64,000 nucleotides of DNA from Lutibacter sp. (GTDB lineage Bacteria; Bacteroidota; Bacteroidia; Flavobacteriales; Flavobacteriaceae). Both the position numbers and the translations under genes were made by a program. The notes beneath the pieces were generated by a model that saw only the letters and a program-made list of their open reading frames with translations, was not told the DNA's origin and searched no databases. This document shows positions 1-8,557 of this stretch, one piece after another. The DNA is taken from contig JAUSOJ010000220.1 of assembly GCA_030656195.1 (NCBI GenBank), positions 14,133-78,132 on the forward strand, in the 5' to 3' direction. The stretch's first letter is position 1. Every line of letters begins with the position of its first letter.

Positions 1-1
1 T

Positions 2-76
2 GCGGGTGCGGTTGTCGCCATTTTAACCGTGGTATTAATTTATGCCAATTGGAAAAAATTTAAAACATTGTTTTAA
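2..76 (+). CDS. 3' end of an upstream membrane-protein gene (partial, runs off the window edge)
   Basis: Frame open from the window edge, reading [24 protein letters not shown], with TAA at 74-76. The tail is hydrophobic and TM-like, and a terminator hairpin follows. Confidence 0.4.
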   Translation, partial: AGAVVAILTVVLIYANWKKFKTLF

Positions 77-96
77 GCTTTACCTCCAATCATAAT

Positions 97-131
97 AAAA
101 AGACATATTCAATTGGATATGTCTTTTTTTA
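97..131 (+). terminator. Rho-independent terminator
   Basis: Stem agacatat (101-108) pairs with atatgtct (117-124). A T-run follows to 130 and an A-run precedes the stem. Confidence 0.7.
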
Positions 132-133
132 TT

Positions 134-141
134 TAATTTTG
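134..141 (+). promoter_or_regulatory. Bacteroidota -7 box TAATTTTG (TAnnTTTG)
   Basis: Exact match to the Bacteroidetes sigma-A -7 consensus, 25 nt upstream of the ATG at 166. It lies too close to the TTG at 139 and the ATG at 145 to serve those starts. Confidence 0.45.
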
Positions 142-165
142 TTAATGTCTAAAAATTCAACCCAA

Positions 166-2295
166 ATGAAATCACTTTTTATAATAACCTTGATTGGTAT
201 TTTAACTATTTCCTGCAAAAATTCCGAATCTCAAACAACAACAACCTTGAATTATCCTATAACAAAGAAAGTTGATACCGTCGCAAATTACTTCGGTACT
301 GAAATAAAAGATCCTTACCGCTGGCTGGAAGATGATATGTCGGCCGAAACTGCCGATTGGGTTATTGCCCAAAATAAAGTGACTTTTGATTATTTGTCTA
401 AAATTCCTTATCGCGAAGCTTTAAAAAACCGTTTGGAAAAATTATGGAATTACGAAAAAATTGGTGCGCCTTTTAAAGAAGGTGACTTTCACTATTTTTA
501 TAAAAATAACGGATTGCAAAATCAGTATGTGTTGTATCGTCAAAAAAATGGGGGAACTCCCGAAGTTTTTTTAGATCCAAATACTTTTTCTGAAGACGGA
601 ACCACTTCTTTAGGAGAAATTTCCTTTTCAAAAGATGGAAATATGGTGGCCTATTCCATTTCTGAAGGCGGATCGGACTGGCGAAAAATTATGGTGATGG
701 ATGCTAATTCCAAAGAAATTAAAGAAGATACCATTATTGATGTAAAATTTAGCAGCATTTCATGGAAAGAAAATGAAGGGTTTTATTATTCGAGTTACGA
801 AAAACCTAAAGGAAGTGAACTTTCTGCAAAAACCGACCAGCACCGTTTGTTTTACCACAAATTGGGAACTGCACAAAAAAATGACCCAATTGTTTTTGGC
901 GAAACACAAAAACGAAGATATATTACAGGAACCGTAACCGAAGACGGGAAATATTTACTGATCCGCGCTTCGGTGTCAACCTCAGGAAACGAATTGTATC
1001 TAAAAGATTTATCAAAACAAAACAGTCCGATTGTGGCAATTCTTGATAATTTCGATTCTGAAACTACTTTATTGGACAACCAAAACGAAACATTGTTTTT
1101 TGTCACCAATTTAAATGCGCCAAATAAACGCGTAGTAAAAGTGAACGCCAATAATGCATTTCCCAAAAATTGGGTGGATGTTATTCCGGAAACCAGCAAT
1201 GTGCTGTCGCCTTCAACTGCAAGCGGATTTATATTTGCAAAATATATGGTTGATGCTGTTTCGCAAGTAAAACAATTCGATTACAATGGAAAATTAATTC
1301 GTGAAATTGCATTGCCGGGCGTTGGAACCGCTGGCGGATTTAGCGACAAAAAAGAGGCAACAACAATATATTATTCTTTTTCAAATTACATCAATCCGGG
1401 GACTATTTATGCATTTGAGTCTTCAACCGGAATTTCAACATTGTACAACAAACCTGCCATCGATTTTAATCCTGATAATTTCGAAACCAAACAGGTTTTT
1501 TACACTTCAAAAGACAGCACTAAAATTCCGATGATTATCTCCTATAAAAAAGGAACGGTATTGAATGGAAATAATCCGACAATTTTATATGGTTATGGCG
1601 GATTTAACATCAGCTTAACTCCAGGTTTTAGCATTGCCAATGCAGTTTGGATGGAACAAGGCGGAATTTATGCAGTACCCAATTTACGTGGTGGCGGTGA
1701 ATATGGCAAAGCTTGGCACGTAGCAGGAACCAAAATGCAAAAACAGAATGTTTTTGATGATTTTATCGCAGCAGCCGAATATTTAATTGAAAACAAGTAC
1801 ACCTCGTCAAATTATTTGGCCATAAGCGGCGGTTCCAATGGCGGCCTTTTAGTGGGCGCAACAATGACGCAACGGCCTGATTTAATGAAAGTGGCTTTGC
1901 CTGCAGTTGGGGTTTTGGATATGTTGCGTTACCATACGTTTACGGCAGGTGCCGGCTGGGCTTATGATTATGGCACTGTGGAAGATTCAAAAGAAATGTT
2001 CGACTATTTAAAAGGGTATTCGCCAGTTCACAATGTAAAAGCAGGCGTTGCATATCCTGCAACATTAATCACCACAGGCGATCACGATGACAGGGTTGTG
2101 CCAGCGCACTCGTTTAAATTTGCCGCTGAATTGCAGGAAAAACAAACAGGAACCAACCCAACATTAATCCGCATTGAAACCAAAGCCGGACACGGTGCAG
2201 GTACGCCAGTTTCCAAAACCATTGAACAATATGCCGATATTTATGGCTTTACCTTATACAATATGGGTTTTAAGGAATTGCCGAAAGGTTTATAA
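166..2295 (+). CDS. Prolyl oligopeptidase (S9A family serine peptidase), lipoprotein
   Basis: 718-aa ORF. Catalytic Ser motif GGSNGGLL, Asp in GDHDDRV and His in KAGHGAG. The N-terminal region (DPYRWLED) is typical of prolyl endopeptidases. Start moved to [17 protein letters not shown], which gives a lipobox and fits the -7 box position. Confidence 0.9.
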   Translation: MKSLFIITLIGILTISCKNSESQTTTTLNYPITKKVDTVANYFGTEIKDPYRWLEDDMSAETADWVIAQNKVTFDYLSKIPYREALKNRLEKLWNYEKIGAPFKEGDFHYFYKNNGLQNQYVLYRQKNGGTPEVFLDPNTFSEDGTTSLGEISFSKDGNMVAYSISEGGSDWRKIMVMDANSKEIKEDTIIDVKFSSISWKENEGFYYSSYEKPKGSELSAKTDQHRLFYHKLGTAQKNDPIVFGETQKRRYITGTVTEDGKYLLIRASVSTSGNELYLKDLSKQNSPIVAILDNFDSETTLLDNQNETLFFVTNLNAPNKRVVKVNANNAFPKNWVDVIPETSNVLSPSTASGFIFAKYMVDAVSQVKQFDYNGKLIREIALPGVGTAGGFSDKKEATTIYYSFSNYINPGTIYAFESSTGISTLYNKPAIDFNPDNFETKQVFYTSKDSTKIPMIISYKKGTVLNGNNPTILYGYGGFNISLTPGFSIANAVWMEQGGIYAVPNLRGGGEYGKAWHVAGTKMQKQNVFDDFIAAAEYLIENKYTSSNYLAISGGSNGGLLVGATMTQRPDLMKVALPAVGVLDMLRYHTFTAGAGWAYDYGTVEDSKEMFDYLKGYSPVHNVKAGVAYPATLITTGDHDDRVVPAHSFKFAAELQEKQTGTNPTLIRIETKAGHGAGTPVSKTIEQYADIYGFTLYNMGFKELPKGL

Positions 2296-2342
2296 TTTTT
2301 TAATGTTGGATTGTAAATGTTGAATTATAAATTATCTATTGT

Positions 2343-2424
2343 TATTCTGAATGAAGCGTAGCGCAATGAAGAATCTCTAGGACTTATTGTAACGTGAGAT
2401 GCTTCACTATCGTTCAGCATGACA
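2343..2424. repeat. REP-like inverted repeat pair (Bacteroidota intergenic palindromic element)
   Basis: attctgaatgaagcgtagcgcaatgaagaatctc and gagatgcttcactatcgttcagcatgac are imperfect reverse complements, separated by about 18 nt. The pair lies just after the peptidase stop and probably acts as a terminator or stabiliser. Confidence 0.6.
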
Positions 2425-2528
2425 TTGGGTAATTCGCATATTGGCTTATTGACTCATTTGCTTTTTAACTTTTAATATCTAACTTTCAATATTAAACTTC
2501 TCTGATCTGGTGCTTGTGGGCTTTTACG

Positions 2529-2536
2529 TATATTTG
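2529..2536 (+). promoter_or_regulatory. -7 box TATATTTG
   Basis: Exact TAnnTTTG match, 17 nt upstream of the ATG at 2553. Confidence 0.45.
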
Positions 2537-2552
2537 CACTCAAACAAATCCT

Positions 2553-3788
2553 ATGCAATTTAAAGACTTACAGTTAAACAAACATATTTTAAGAGCAATT
2601 TCAGAAAAGGGCTATGAATTTCCTACGCCTGTTCAGGTGCAAACCATTCCGCTGATGTTGGCAAAAAAAGATGTGATTGCTTCTGCACAAACCGGAACTG
2701 GAAAAACAGCTGCTTTTGCCTTACCTATTTTGCAAAGGTTATTCGACAAACAAGACCCTTCAAAAAAAGGAAAAAAAATACGCGCGCTGGTGGTAAGTCC
2801 AACGCGTGAATTGGCCATTCAAATCGAAGAAAGTTTTAAAGGTTATGGCAAATACACCAATATAAAAACTGCAGTTATTTTTGGAGGAACCTCCATTGAC
2901 CCGCAAGTAGCATTGCTAAAAAATGGCGTTGATATTTTAATTGCCACGCCAGGCCGATTATTGGATTTGCACAAACAGGAACTTGTAAATTTATCTTTTA
3001 TTGAAACATTGGTTTTGGATGAGGCCGATCTCATGTTGGATATGGGTTTTATAGACGATGTTAAAAAAATTGAACGCTTGTGTCCGAAAAGCAAACAAAT
3101 AGTCTTGTTTTCTGCCACAATGCCTCACAAAGTGGTTGAACTGGCTAAAACCATTTTAAAAAGTCCCGAAAAAATAGACGTAACGCCACAATATGCTGCC
3201 GCACAAGGCATAAATCAGATATTGTATTATGTTCCTAAAACAAAAAAAATGGAATTGTGCCTCCATTTATTAAGGAACACTATTAAAGGAGACATCCTTA
3301 TTTTTAGACGTACCAAATTTGGCGTGGATAAATTGGAGAAAATGTTGCGCAAAAACGACTTTAGTGTTGCCAGCATTCACGGCGATAAAACCCAAGCCGA
3401 CCGCGAAGAAGCCTTGAACAGATTCAAAAATAAAGCGGTTTCCGTTTTAATTGCCACTGATGTGGCTTCCCGCGGACTTGACATTGACAATTTGGATGCC
3501 GTTATAAATTTTGACATCCCTAATATACCGGAATCTTATGTTCACAGAATTGGCAGAACCGGCAGAGCAGGAAATACTGGCGCCTCTTATTCATTTTGTG
3601 CCGCCGATGAAAAAATATACATTCAAGGTATTCAAAAACTGATTAACACCATAATTCCTGTAATGGAAGACCATCCATATCCCTTAGATCCAAACGCAAA
3701 ACCTGAAATCTACCGAAAATTGGGCGTTAAACCCAAAAAAGGACGAAAATCAGATGCCTCCAAAAAAAACAAAAAACGTTGGTATTAA
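2553..3788 (+). CDS. DEAD-box ATP-dependent RNA helicase (RhlE-like)
   Basis: Motifs AQTGTGKT, PTRELA, DEAD, SAT and HRIGRTGRAG, with a basic Lys-rich C-terminal tail. Start set at MQFKDL; the ORF-track start at 2514 lies upstream of the promoter box. Confidence 0.92.
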   Translation: MQFKDLQLNKHILRAISEKGYEFPTPVQVQTIPLMLAKKDVIASAQTGTGKTAAFALPILQRLFDKQDPSKKGKKIRALVVSPTRELAIQIEESFKGYGKYTNIKTAVIFGGTSIDPQVALLKNGVDILIATPGRLLDLHKQELVNLSFIETLVLDEADLMLDMGFIDDVKKIERLCPKSKQIVLFSATMPHKVVELAKTILKSPEKIDVTPQYAAAQGINQILYYVPKTKKMELCLHLLRNTIKGDILIFRRTKFGVDKLEKMLRKNDFSVASIHGDKTQADREEALNRFKNKAVSVLIATDVASRGLDIDNLDAVINFDIPNIPESYVHRIGRTGRAGNTGASYSFCAADEKIYIQGIQKLINTIIPVMEDHPYPLDPNAKPEIYRKLGVKPKKGRKSDASKKNKKRWY

Positions 3789-4565
3789 AATAGGAGTTAT
3801 AAGTTATTGGTTGTAAAGTTAGAAGTTAACTTAGCGAACAATATTCTCCTATCTATTCTATATATTGTATAACTATCCCATTTGCAGTTATAAGGGGCTT
3901 GTTCTTGCCCAATATTTCTTTTAATATCTTGATGCCCTAACGAGGCGTTCACTTTGGCTGCGATACAAATAAATTTAAAATTCACAATCCAGGTTCCCTG
4001 AGAAAATTCGAATTACAATATTTATGCACCATTTTTCTTCTAAAAAATCTGAAAATCTCCAAATAAATTGATTGGTTGATTTTTGGCAATATTTGGGTCT
4101 ATTTTAACCATAAAATGCGTAAAACAACCCATTTTCAAACATTTGGTAAATTTTTTGCTTCTCAGCAAAAAACATAAAACCCGCTTTATTGCTGATAATT
4201 AATACATTATAGCCAAAAAAAACAACGACCCTAAATTTCAAAAAAATTCGGGAAGCTAAACAAAATTTTTTGTCTAAAACTAACATTTATCATAGATTTT
4301 GAATAATTTATCCATTCAACTCCATTTTACCCTTAAAAACTTGTTAATATAAGGTGAAAAGGGCCAAAAAAACAGTTAAAATTCGGTAAATTAATGGTGA
4401 TTTCAACAAATTAAAATACATTTTAAAAAATAAATCGCCAAAAATAATATGCTTAACTGCTTATTATATAATATTTTATAAAGAAACACCACAAAACACC
4501 ATCCTTTTATTATCAAAAATAACTGGTTTTGACAAATCATTATTGCATAATAAAAATTATATATG

Positions 4566-4573
4566 TAGATTTG
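4566..4573 (+). promoter_or_regulatory. Candidate -7 box TAGATTTG for the Ala-rich lipoprotein gene
   Basis: Exact TAnnTTTG match 74 nt upstream of the ATG at 4647, with an ATTG about 20 nt further upstream. The same TAGATTTG octamer recurs at 37822 and 53544. Confidence 0.35.
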
Positions 4574-4646
4574 TTAATAACTTATTAAAACAGTAAGTTT
4601 ATTGACCTATTTAAATTTCAAAGAATATTAATTAAAAAGTTACAAA

Positions 4647-7409
4647 ATGAAACATTTAAAAAAATTGTCGGTAGTCCTGATGATTACCACCTTGTTTAGT
4701 GTGAGCTTTACGTCTTGTATAGACAACGAAGTTTCCCCCCTAGTTGAAGCCATTTATGAGGCTCAAGCTGATTTAATTGCTGCACAAGCCGGTGTGCAAA
4801 ATGCTGAAGCCGCTTTATTGCTGGCGCAAGCCGCAAATCAACAAGCTAATTCAGCTTTGTTAGCGGCTCAAGCTGCAGCTGCCACCTCTATTGCTCAAGG
4901 CCAATTGGCAGTTTTACTTGCCAATGCAGGTTTAACGGATGCACAAGCACAAGCTGTATTAGCAGCTGCTGAAGGTAATTTAGCCCAAGCTTTGGCTGAT
5001 GCTGGTTTAACGGATGCTATAGCAGCTCAAATTTTAGCCGACATTGCTATTCAAGAAGCAAATGCTGAGTATACTGCTTCTGTGCGCCAACAAGAACTTT
5101 TAGTATTGGCCGCTCAAACTAGTCTAGATGTAGCTACATTACAAAATGATCTTGCCCTTGCACAGGTTAATTTCCAAACACAAATGGCCATTGCTATGGC
5201 CGCTATGGAAGCTGCAGGTGTTCAAATTGCGATTGGTTATGCTTGGGATTACGCATGGGCTATGCAACATGCAAACAACCTTATGTCACAATTATTAGGA
5301 GCGCAAGCTGATTTAGCCAATGCGCAATTAATGCAAACTGGTGGCGTTTCTTGGGAATTTTACTTAGCGCAATTGCAAGGTGCTGTTGCTACCAATATGG
5401 CCGCCAAAGCTGATTTACAAGCTGCGATCACTGCTATGGAAGCTTATATTGCAAACCCTTCTACTCCAGAAGCAATTGTTTCAGGATTAAAAGCCCAAAG
5501 TGCTATGTATGAAGCAGCAATTGACGCTAAAGAGGTTGAAATGCAAGTACAGTACAATAAAATTATGGCTCTTTATCAAGAAAATGGTGTGAGAAATGAA
5601 TTAGATGACAGAATTTTTGATTCTTTAGATGAACACAATTATGCTGTAAATGAGAAAAACGACCGATTAGATTGGATTGAAACTGCAGAAGATGATATTG
5701 CATTTTGGCAACTTGCAATTACCAATTACCCTGCTGCATTGGCTGCTTTACAGTTAACTAAAGACAACGCCACAACTGCAAAAAATGCTGCCCAAACTGC
5801 TTTTAATACTGCTTCTGCTACTCAAGCATCTGCCAACACCGCGCAAATTGCGGCTGCTGCTGCCTTAACCTTCCTTCAAGGTGAACTTGCACAATTATAT
5901 GCCTCATTACAAATTGCCGCAGGTGAATTGGCTACTGAACAAGCACTTTATAATGCTGGTATTGGCGTTGCTACAACTAATAACAATACTGCCATTGCCA
6001 ATGTAACAGCCGCTGGAGCTGCGCTTGCTGCCGCACAAGCGAACTATAATTTATGGAAAACCAGATTTGAAGGTAATGTGGGTGTTGATAATGTTATTAA
6101 TGGAGGTTGGTACTGGGAAGATACAACTTCACCTTCTACAGTTTTAGGTGATACTGTTTTAGGTATTCACACTAACGCTAATGGTGTTGCTTCAACTACT
6201 TATGTAAGAGTTGAATCTTGGACTTACAATGATATTGCTCCTGCTGGTGCTGGTCCTGAAGATACTTATACACCACTAACTATTGGTACTGCCCAACAAG
6301 TAACACTAGGTGCTGGTCAATTTCCTATAGCTGGTAATGGTGCTATTACTCAAGGGGAATATGTTACTACTTATCCTTTAGCTGGTTATACTTTAGCTTT
6401 CTATGTTGAAGTAGGATTAGATGACGTTGTTTACAATAACTTAACCCAATTGAATTTGGCTATTGCTGCATTGGGTGATGAGGATATCTTTGATGTTGCT
6501 CCTGTATTGGGTGCTACACCTAAAATAGGTACAGATGCTTACTCTGTTCTTTGGAATGCTATATTGGCTCAATTAGGGACTCAAGATTATTTAGATAATT
6601 TTGGTGATGATTTAGCAGATGCACAAGCAAATTATGATTACTGGAAAAACATTTATGAAAATGAGTTGGCTCTTTTAGATGCTGCACAAGCTGTTTTGGC
6701 AAGTGCAAACACTACTTTAGCCGCTGCCAATACCGCAAAAGCAAGTGCACAAACTACTTTAAATCTTGCGATTACTGCTGAAACGAATGCCATCAATGCT
6801 TTAAACGCTTTCTTAGCTACATCTATGGATGATTATCAAGACTGGATAGATGCTGCTATATTGGATATCGCTGCTTGGAACCAACAAATCGCAGCCATAC
6901 AACCTATCATTGACGCTAAATATGCCGTAGTAGCAGGTTTATTGGGTGAATTAACAGCAGCTGGTATTCAATACACATTTGTGGTAGAAGCTGACGGCAC
7001 AGGTACTTTGGTAATCACTAATTACGGTGTACTTTCTTCATTGTACCCAGATATTCACGCTGCAATCATTGCCGAATGGCAAGCATACTGGGTTATGGAA
7101 CAAGAGTTAACTGCTTTACAAAATTCTCTTGACTTAAATGAAGACTTGATATTTGCTTATGGGTCTGCTGATGATTTAGATGACTTGGCAGGATATTTAG
7201 CTATTTTAAAAGCTGATCTTGTAAATGCTATTTATGACATGGAAGTAGCGCTACAAGCTTTAGCTTCTGCTCAAGTTAATGCAAATGCTGCTACTGCATC
7301 TATTGCTTACTATCAAGCATTAATTGTAACATTACAACAAAGACATGCAAATACTTTAGCAATTGCTGCTAAATACAAAGCATTAATGGAAGCTGCATTA
7401 GCCTCTTAA
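4647..7409 (+). CDS. Ala/Gln-rich, highly acidic 920-aa surface lipoprotein of unknown function
   Basis: Signal peptide plus lipobox (LFSVSFTSC, Cys24). By hand count about 202 Ala (22 percent) and only about 22 Lys+Arg. Two long helical-looking low-complexity arms flank a Gly/Thr/Tyr-rich, beta-looking core (about aa 476-600). I recognise no catalytic motifs. Confidence 0.85.
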   Translation: MKHLKKLSVVLMITTLFSVSFTSCIDNEVSPLVEAIYEAQADLIAAQAGVQNAEAALLLAQAANQQANSALLAAQAAAATSIAQGQLAVLLANAGLTDAQAQAVLAAAEGNLAQALADAGLTDAIAAQILADIAIQEANAEYTASVRQQELLVLAAQTSLDVATLQNDLALAQVNFQTQMAIAMAAMEAAGVQIAIGYAWDYAWAMQHANNLMSQLLGAQADLANAQLMQTGGVSWEFYLAQLQGAVATNMAAKADLQAAITAMEAYIANPSTPEAIVSGLKAQSAMYEAAIDAKEVEMQVQYNKIMALYQENGVRNELDDRIFDSLDEHNYAVNEKNDRLDWIETAEDDIAFWQLAITNYPAALAALQLTKDNATTAKNAAQTAFNTASATQASANTAQIAAAAALTFLQGELAQLYASLQIAAGELATEQALYNAGIGVATTNNNTAIANVTAAGAALAAAQANYNLWKTRFEGNVGVDNVINGGWYWEDTTSPSTVLGDTVLGIHTNANGVASTTYVRVESWTYNDIAPAGAGPEDTYTPLTIGTAQQVTLGAGQFPIAGNGAITQGEYVTTYPLAGYTLAFYVEVGLDDVVYNNLTQLNLAIAALGDEDIFDVAPVLGATPKIGTDAYSVLWNAILAQLGTQDYLDNFGDDLADAQANYDYWKNIYENELALLDAAQAVLASANTTLAAANTAKASAQTTLNLAITAETNAINALNAFLATSMDDYQDWIDAAILDIAAWNQQIAAIQPIIDAKYAVVAGLLGELTAAGIQYTFVVEADGTGTLVITNYGVLSSLYPDIHAAIIAEWQAYWVMEQELTALQNSLDLNEDLIFAYGSADDLDDLAGYLAILKADLVNAIYDMEVALQALASAQVNANAATASIAYYQALIVTLQQRHANTLAIAAKYKALMEAALAS

Positions 7410-7428
7410 TTCTTTAAGAAAATTAACT

Positions 7429-7454
7429 AAAGGGCTGCCTCACAGCAGCCCTTT
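7429..7454 (+). terminator. Hairpin after the lipoprotein gene (weak or leaky terminator)
   Basis: GGGCTGC (7432-7438) pairs with GCAGCCC (7445-7451). Only three T follow, and there is no TAnnTTTG box before the next ATG at 7491. Confidence 0.5.
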
Positions 7455-7490
7455 AAAAACAAAATTTTAACTCTTAAAGAACTAAAACAT

Positions 7491-8321
7491 ATGAAAAAAT
7501 ATTTAATTTTATGCTTTATTTTAGTCTTTGCACTAACAAGTGCAAATGCACAGGATAAAGATTCACATCACCACCACTATAAAGGAGATACCTGCAAGGT
7601 TGAGCCAAGATTTGCTCCAAAGCAAGGTGACTTTACAGCGGCAATGGTTTTTGGACGAGGAGCATATCTAAATGGAGGTTTGGTTGTACCTAGTTCTTCT
7701 GCCACGATACCTAGTGTGGCGCCGTATGAAAACAGTGTAGACACTAATGACAACAGCATTACCAATATGGTTGGTGCAGAAGGAAGATATTACGCTTCAA
7801 ATAGATTCGCTATCACAATGAGTGGAGGCGCAATTTGGAGACATACGCCTTCACAACTTGCCATACCTGCTGTAATAGACGGAAACGGAAACACAATTAT
7901 TCCCGCTTACAATGCGGTTGTGGAAGATGAACGCATCGACGCAAGCTTTTCAGTAGGCGGACAATGGCTGTTCAATACCAAAAATGATCGTTTATTTCCT
8001 TATATAGGATTTGCGTTCCCTTTTGATTATGCAAGAAGATCAATGTTTGAACCAATCACAATTGATGCAAACGGAAATCTTGCTGTGAACGATTTAGGTG
8101 CACGCCACGTAGACATTACTGCTTTCGGAGTACAAGCGGTTGCGGGTGTTGATTATTATGTTGCTAAAGACGTGTTCTTTGGTTTTGATATCAAACCGGT
8201 AGCTTATACATACGCCGTAAGTATGAAAACGCCAGGCCCAGGATTATTTAACCTGGAATCTGACACAAATACATTATCATTTTTTGCTCAATTTTCTTTC
8301 AAACTTGGGTTCAAATTTTAA
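7491..8321 (+). CDS. Small outer-membrane beta-barrel protein with an N-terminal His4 tract
   Basis: Sec signal peptide (ALTSANA-QD). The mature N-terminus is QDKDSHHHHYKGD. Alternating hydrophobic strands run through the protein, and the C-terminal beta-signal ends FKLGFKF. Confidence 0.8.
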   Translation: MKKYLILCFILVFALTSANAQDKDSHHHHYKGDTCKVEPRFAPKQGDFTAAMVFGRGAYLNGGLVVPSSSATIPSVAPYENSVDTNDNSITNMVGAEGRYYASNRFAITMSGGAIWRHTPSQLAIPAVIDGNGNTIIPAYNAVVEDERIDASFSVGGQWLFNTKNDRLFPYIGFAFPFDYARRSMFEPITIDANGNLAVNDLGARHVDITAFGVQAVAGVDYYVAKDVFFGFDIKPVAYTYAVSMKTPGPGLFNLESDTNTLSFFAQFSFKLGFKF

Positions 8322-8349
8322 TTTGTAGGTTAATAAATTTGATAAGAAA

Positions 8350-8376
8350 GGGTTGCATTTGCAGCCCTTTTTTTAT
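8350..8376 (+). terminator. Rho-independent terminator
   Basis: GGGTTGC-attt-GCAGCCC stem (one G.U pair) followed by a T7 run. Confidence 0.8.
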
Positions 8377-8377
8377 A

Positions 8378-8440
8378 TGCTGAACTTGCCCGTGCTGAAC
8401 TTGCCTGTGCTGAACTTGCCTGTGCTGAACTTGTTTCAGC
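8378..8440. repeat. Tandem 15-bp repeat, about 4 units (tgctgaacttgcc[c/t]g)
   Basis: Units at 8378-8392, 8393-8407 and 8408-8422. A fourth unit ends in the REP-type hairpin gctgaa-cttgt-ttcagc. Confidence 0.85.
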
Positions 8441-8526
8441 ATCTGCCACTAGCAAATCAAATCATGAATTTACTTCACCATCTTTAAATGCTCAACCCAA
8501 TTATTTTTATCAATTAAATTCAGAAG

Positions 8527-8547
8527 ACCCTGAAATGAATTCAGGGT
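8527..8547. repeat. REP-like hairpin accctgaa-atgaa-ttcagggt
   Basis: Perfect 8-bp stem immediately downstream of the tex stop on the minus strand. Same hairpin family as gctgaa...ttcagc. Confidence 0.6.
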
Positions 8548-8557
8548 GACGTAGATT

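Noticed and set aside
3797-4286. Small minus-strand ORFs (62 aa at 3797-3985; 60 aa at 4104-4286) in the long AT-rich leader
   Set aside because: They have no signal or motif, no upstream promoter box, and a composition typical of random AT-rich ORFs. They could be remnants of a degraded gene, but the sequence alone does not support that.
3789-4646. A phase-variable invertible promoter upstream of the surface lipoprotein, by analogy with Bacteroides surface loci
   Set aside because: I found no inverted repeats of 15 bp or more bracketing the candidate promoter. No tyrosine or serine recombinase gene is present anywhere in the window.
4647-7409. Horizontal acquisition of the Ala-rich gene, suggested by its visibly higher GC content
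   Set aside because: The GC excess comes from first and second codon positions of Ala and Gly. Third positions are A/T-biased (GCT, GCA, CAA, TTA), like the rest of the window. There are no flanking mobility genes.
8378-8440. A possible CRISPR array, because of the regularly spaced repeats
   Set aside because: The units are 15 bp and directly abutting, with no spacers. No cas genes are present. This is a simple tandem repeat derived from a REP arm.
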